A stretch of 64,000 nucleotides of DNA, taken from the NCBI GenBank assembly GCA_043800695.1, contig JAZDMU010000002.1, positions 27,944-91,943 of the forward strand, written 5' to 3'. The notes beneath the pieces were generated by a model that was not told the origin of the DNA, ran no database searches, and saw nothing but the letters and a program-made list of their open reading frames with translations. A program made the position numbers and the translations under genes. Shown one piece after another: positions 61,709-64,000 of this stretch; within the stretch, counting starts at the first letter, position 1; each line of letters begins with the position of its first letter. Source of the DNA: Bacteroidota bacterium. GTDB taxonomy: Bacteria > Bacteroidota > Bacteroidia > Bacteroidales > VadinHA17.

Positions 61709-62731
61709 ATGACTGACCTTAAAACATACAATTATACTCCCAGGGATTTTAAATCGGATCAGGAGGTAAGATGGTGCCCTGGCTGCGGCGACCACGCTGT
61801 TCTGAATGCCGTTCAGAAAGCTTTGACAGAACTGGGAATTCCCAAGGAAAAATTTGTTTTTATTTCCGGGATAGGATGTTCATCAAGATTTCCGTATTAT
61901 ATGGATACCTATGGATTTCATGGTATACACGGCCGCGCATCAGCAATAGCCACCGGAGTTAAAACAGCAAACCCTGAACTTTCAGTCTGGCAGATCACTG
62001 GTGACGGTGATGCGCTTGCGATCGGCGGAAACCATTTCATTCACGTTGTGCGGCGGAATGTGGATATCAATATTTTACTGTTCAACAACGAGATATACGG
62101 CCTTACAAAAGGACAATATTCACCAACATCCGAGAAAGGCCTGGTGACAAAAACCTCGCCCTTCGGAACAGTGGAAGAGCCATTCTCGGTGGGTGAGCTG
62201 GTTATCGGTGCAAAAGGCAAGTTCTTTGCCCGCACCCTCGATTCAAATGTTGCGCTTTCAACACAGATCTACATTGAAGCGGCAAAGCACAAGGGAACCT
62301 CGGTAGTTGAAGTCCTTCAGAACTGCGTGATCTTCAACGACGGAATACATGATGTTGTTGCCGGAAAAGAAGTCAGGGAAGACCGTACAATTGTGCTGAA
62401 GCATGGTAAACCGATGATCTTCGGTAAAAACAATGATAAAGGTCTTGTGCTTGACGGACTGAAACTTAAGGTGGTCAGGATGGGAGAGAACGGCATTACT
62501 GAGAAAAACCTTATCGTTCATGATGCCCTGGAGCCGAATCCCGGCATACAATACATGCTGGCCAATATGAGATACCCTGAGTACCCTATGGCGCTTGGAG
62601 TTATAAGGTCGGTGCCCGGACACACTTATGAAAATGACCTTGCGGAGCAGATCAATCATATTCAGAAGGATGCAAAGATCAAATCTGTATCCGATCTGCT
62701 TGCAAGCGGCTCCACCTGGAAAGTGGAGTAG
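61709..62731 (+). CDS. korB: 2-oxoacid:ferredoxin oxidoreductase beta subunit
   Basis: WCPGCG, SGIGCS, GDGD, NNEIYGLTKGQYSPT. Confidence 0.95.
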   Translation: MTDLKTYNYTPRDFKSDQEVRWCPGCGDHAVLNAVQKALTELGIPKEKFVFISGIGCSSRFPYYMDTYGFHGIHGRASAIATGVKTANPELSVWQITGDGDALAIGGNHFIHVVRRNVDINILLFNNEIYGLTKGQYSPTSEKGLVTKTSPFGTVEEPFSVGELVIGAKGKFFARTLDSNVALSTQIYIEAAKHKGTSVVEVLQNCVIFNDGIHDVVAGKEVREDRTIVLKHGKPMIFGKNNDKGLVLDGLKLKVVRMGENGITEKNLIVHDALEPNPGIQYMLANMRYPEYPMALGVIRSVPGHTYENDLAEQINHIQKDAKIKSVSDLLASGSTWKVE

Positions 62732-62789
62732 GAGGTGTTCCCATTTATTTTACTATTTTTATCTTCTTATATTCTCACATATTGGTGTG

Positions 62790-64000
62790 ATGGATGGGAA
62801 TAATCATATAACCCCTGAATACAAAAAATTGCTGCACGACCAGCAGGAGAGACTGAAAGAACTGGGGTGCATAAATCAGACAACCTATATACTTAAGGAA
62901 GGGAAACCAATTGAAGAAACCCTTCAGCAGATCGTACTTCTTCTGCCGGCTGCATGGCAATATCCTGAATATACATCTGCCAGAATAAAATTCCGCGACA
63001 AAAGCTTTGAAACACCTGACTTTCGCGAGACTGCCTGGAAGATGGCACAGGAGTTCTATACTATAGACGACGAGAAGGGAGCAATCGAGGTTTTTTATAC
63101 CAGGGAATTTACAGTGGAAAATGAAGGACCATTCCTGAAAGAGGAAAGAGACCTCATCCGCAATATTACAAGTCTTGTGACCGGGTATATAAACAGCTAT
63201 AAGGCACGCGACTTCATCAGGATGACACAGTCGACACGGGAAGAGGAGGACATCTCAAATGTATCGAGCAGGAAACTGCTTCAGAAATTCCTTGAACGCC
63301 ACAATGCTGAAAGAGACGTATTTCACGATCTTCAACCTTTTAAAGTCAAGGAGATACTGCTGGTGGCAAACCTGTATGATGCTTATTCCATTGAGGGAGA
63401 AGGCAGGTTTGCTGACCATATTCTTGGCGAATATTTCCAGCTCAGCCTGACATCATTACCCAGGGTAACAGGGGTTTCGAGCGAGGAGGAAGCATTTAAC
63501 AAGCTGAGATCCAGGCATTATGACATGATAATCATAATGATCGGCATCCATAAGGAGAGTCCTATGCTGCTCTGTAAGAAGATCAAGGACACCTACCCTT
63601 ACATACCAACATTCCTGCTTCTGAATAATCCGGAGGATGTCCCATATGTAAGGAAGCAGAAGGCAGGCGGCATCCCCTTTGATAATTATTTCGTATGGAC
63701 GGGCGAATCGAAGGTTTTTTTCGCAATGGTGAAGCTTCTTGAGGATATGGTCAACGTCGAAAATGACACGCGGAAAGGACTTATCAGGGTGATACTTATT
63801 GTTGAGGATTCAGCCGAATATTACTCCAGCTACCTCCCGATGCTCTACACCCTTGTGCTTGAACAGACCAGGAACCTCATTGAGGATGTCTCGACCGATG
63901 CACTTTATAAAGTACTGAGGCTCAGGGCCAGACCCAAGATACTTCTTGCATCCACCTGGGAGGATGCCATCACGATTTACAATAACTACAAGGAGAGCCT
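62790..64000 (+). CDS. N-terminal part of a PEP-synthase/pyruvate-dikinase-like protein with receiver-like domain (3'-truncated; absent from ORF track)
   Basis: Hand translation MDGNNHITPEY...ERLKEL...AWQYPE...GPFLKEER...VKEILLVANLYDAYSIE; frame open to window end; catalytic part not visible. Confidence 0.75.
   Translation, partial: MDGNNHITPEYKKLLHDQQERLKELGCINQTTYILKEGKPIEETLQQIVLLLPAAWQYPEYTSARIKFRDKSFETPDFRETAWKMAQEFYTIDDEKGAIEVFYTREFTVENEGPFLKEERDLIRNITSLVTGYINSYKARDFIRMTQSTREEEDISNVSSRKLLQKFLERHNAERDVFHDLQPFKVKEILLVANLYDAYSIEGEGRFADHILGEYFQLSLTSLPRVTGVSSEEEAFNKLRSRHYDMIIIMIGIHKESPMLLCKKIKDTYPYIPTFLLLNNPEDVPYVRKQKAGGIPFDNYFVWTGESKVFFAMVKLLEDMVNVENDTRKGLIRVILIVEDSAEYYSSYLPMLYTLVLEQTRNLIEDVSTDALYKVLRLRARPKILLASTWEDAITIYNNYKES

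Overview
A mostly housekeeping region of an anaerobic Bacteroidota (Bacteroidales-like) chromosome, judged from TAnnTTTG promoters, T9SS C-terminal domains, gldD/gldE and the bS22 small ORF. It carries the end of the alpha operon (rpsK-rpsD-rpoA-rplQ), eno, a UbiD-family decarboxylase, signalling genes, ppk2, hisS, two ECF sigma/anti-sigma operons, a frameshifted ychF paralogue, pafA-like phosphatase, GGGP synthase, gldD-gldE-ssb, HU-bS22-rng, dsbD, lnt, pth-rplY-prs-engB, manA, udk, pdxJ, nadK, uppS-bamA-skp-skp-murI, a 2-oxoacid:ferredoxin oxidoreductase and a truncated gene. Two regions stand out. (1) About 500 nt after eno (~3952-4452) has no convincing ORF but has its own canonical promoter, its own terminator and a dense set of nested helices with GNRA/UUCG loops: a candidate large structured ncRNA. 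(2) An accessory island (34187-39096) is punctuated by four copies of a ~60-nt conserved-sequence-plus-terminator repeat. It holds two small T9SS cargo proteins, a mosaic fibre protein ending in a DUF1566-like domain with a DGR-like 3' end, and a Y1 (IS200-like) transposase with hairpin ends next to an empty copy of the same element. All calls are from reading the sequence by eye; no searches or folding programs were run.
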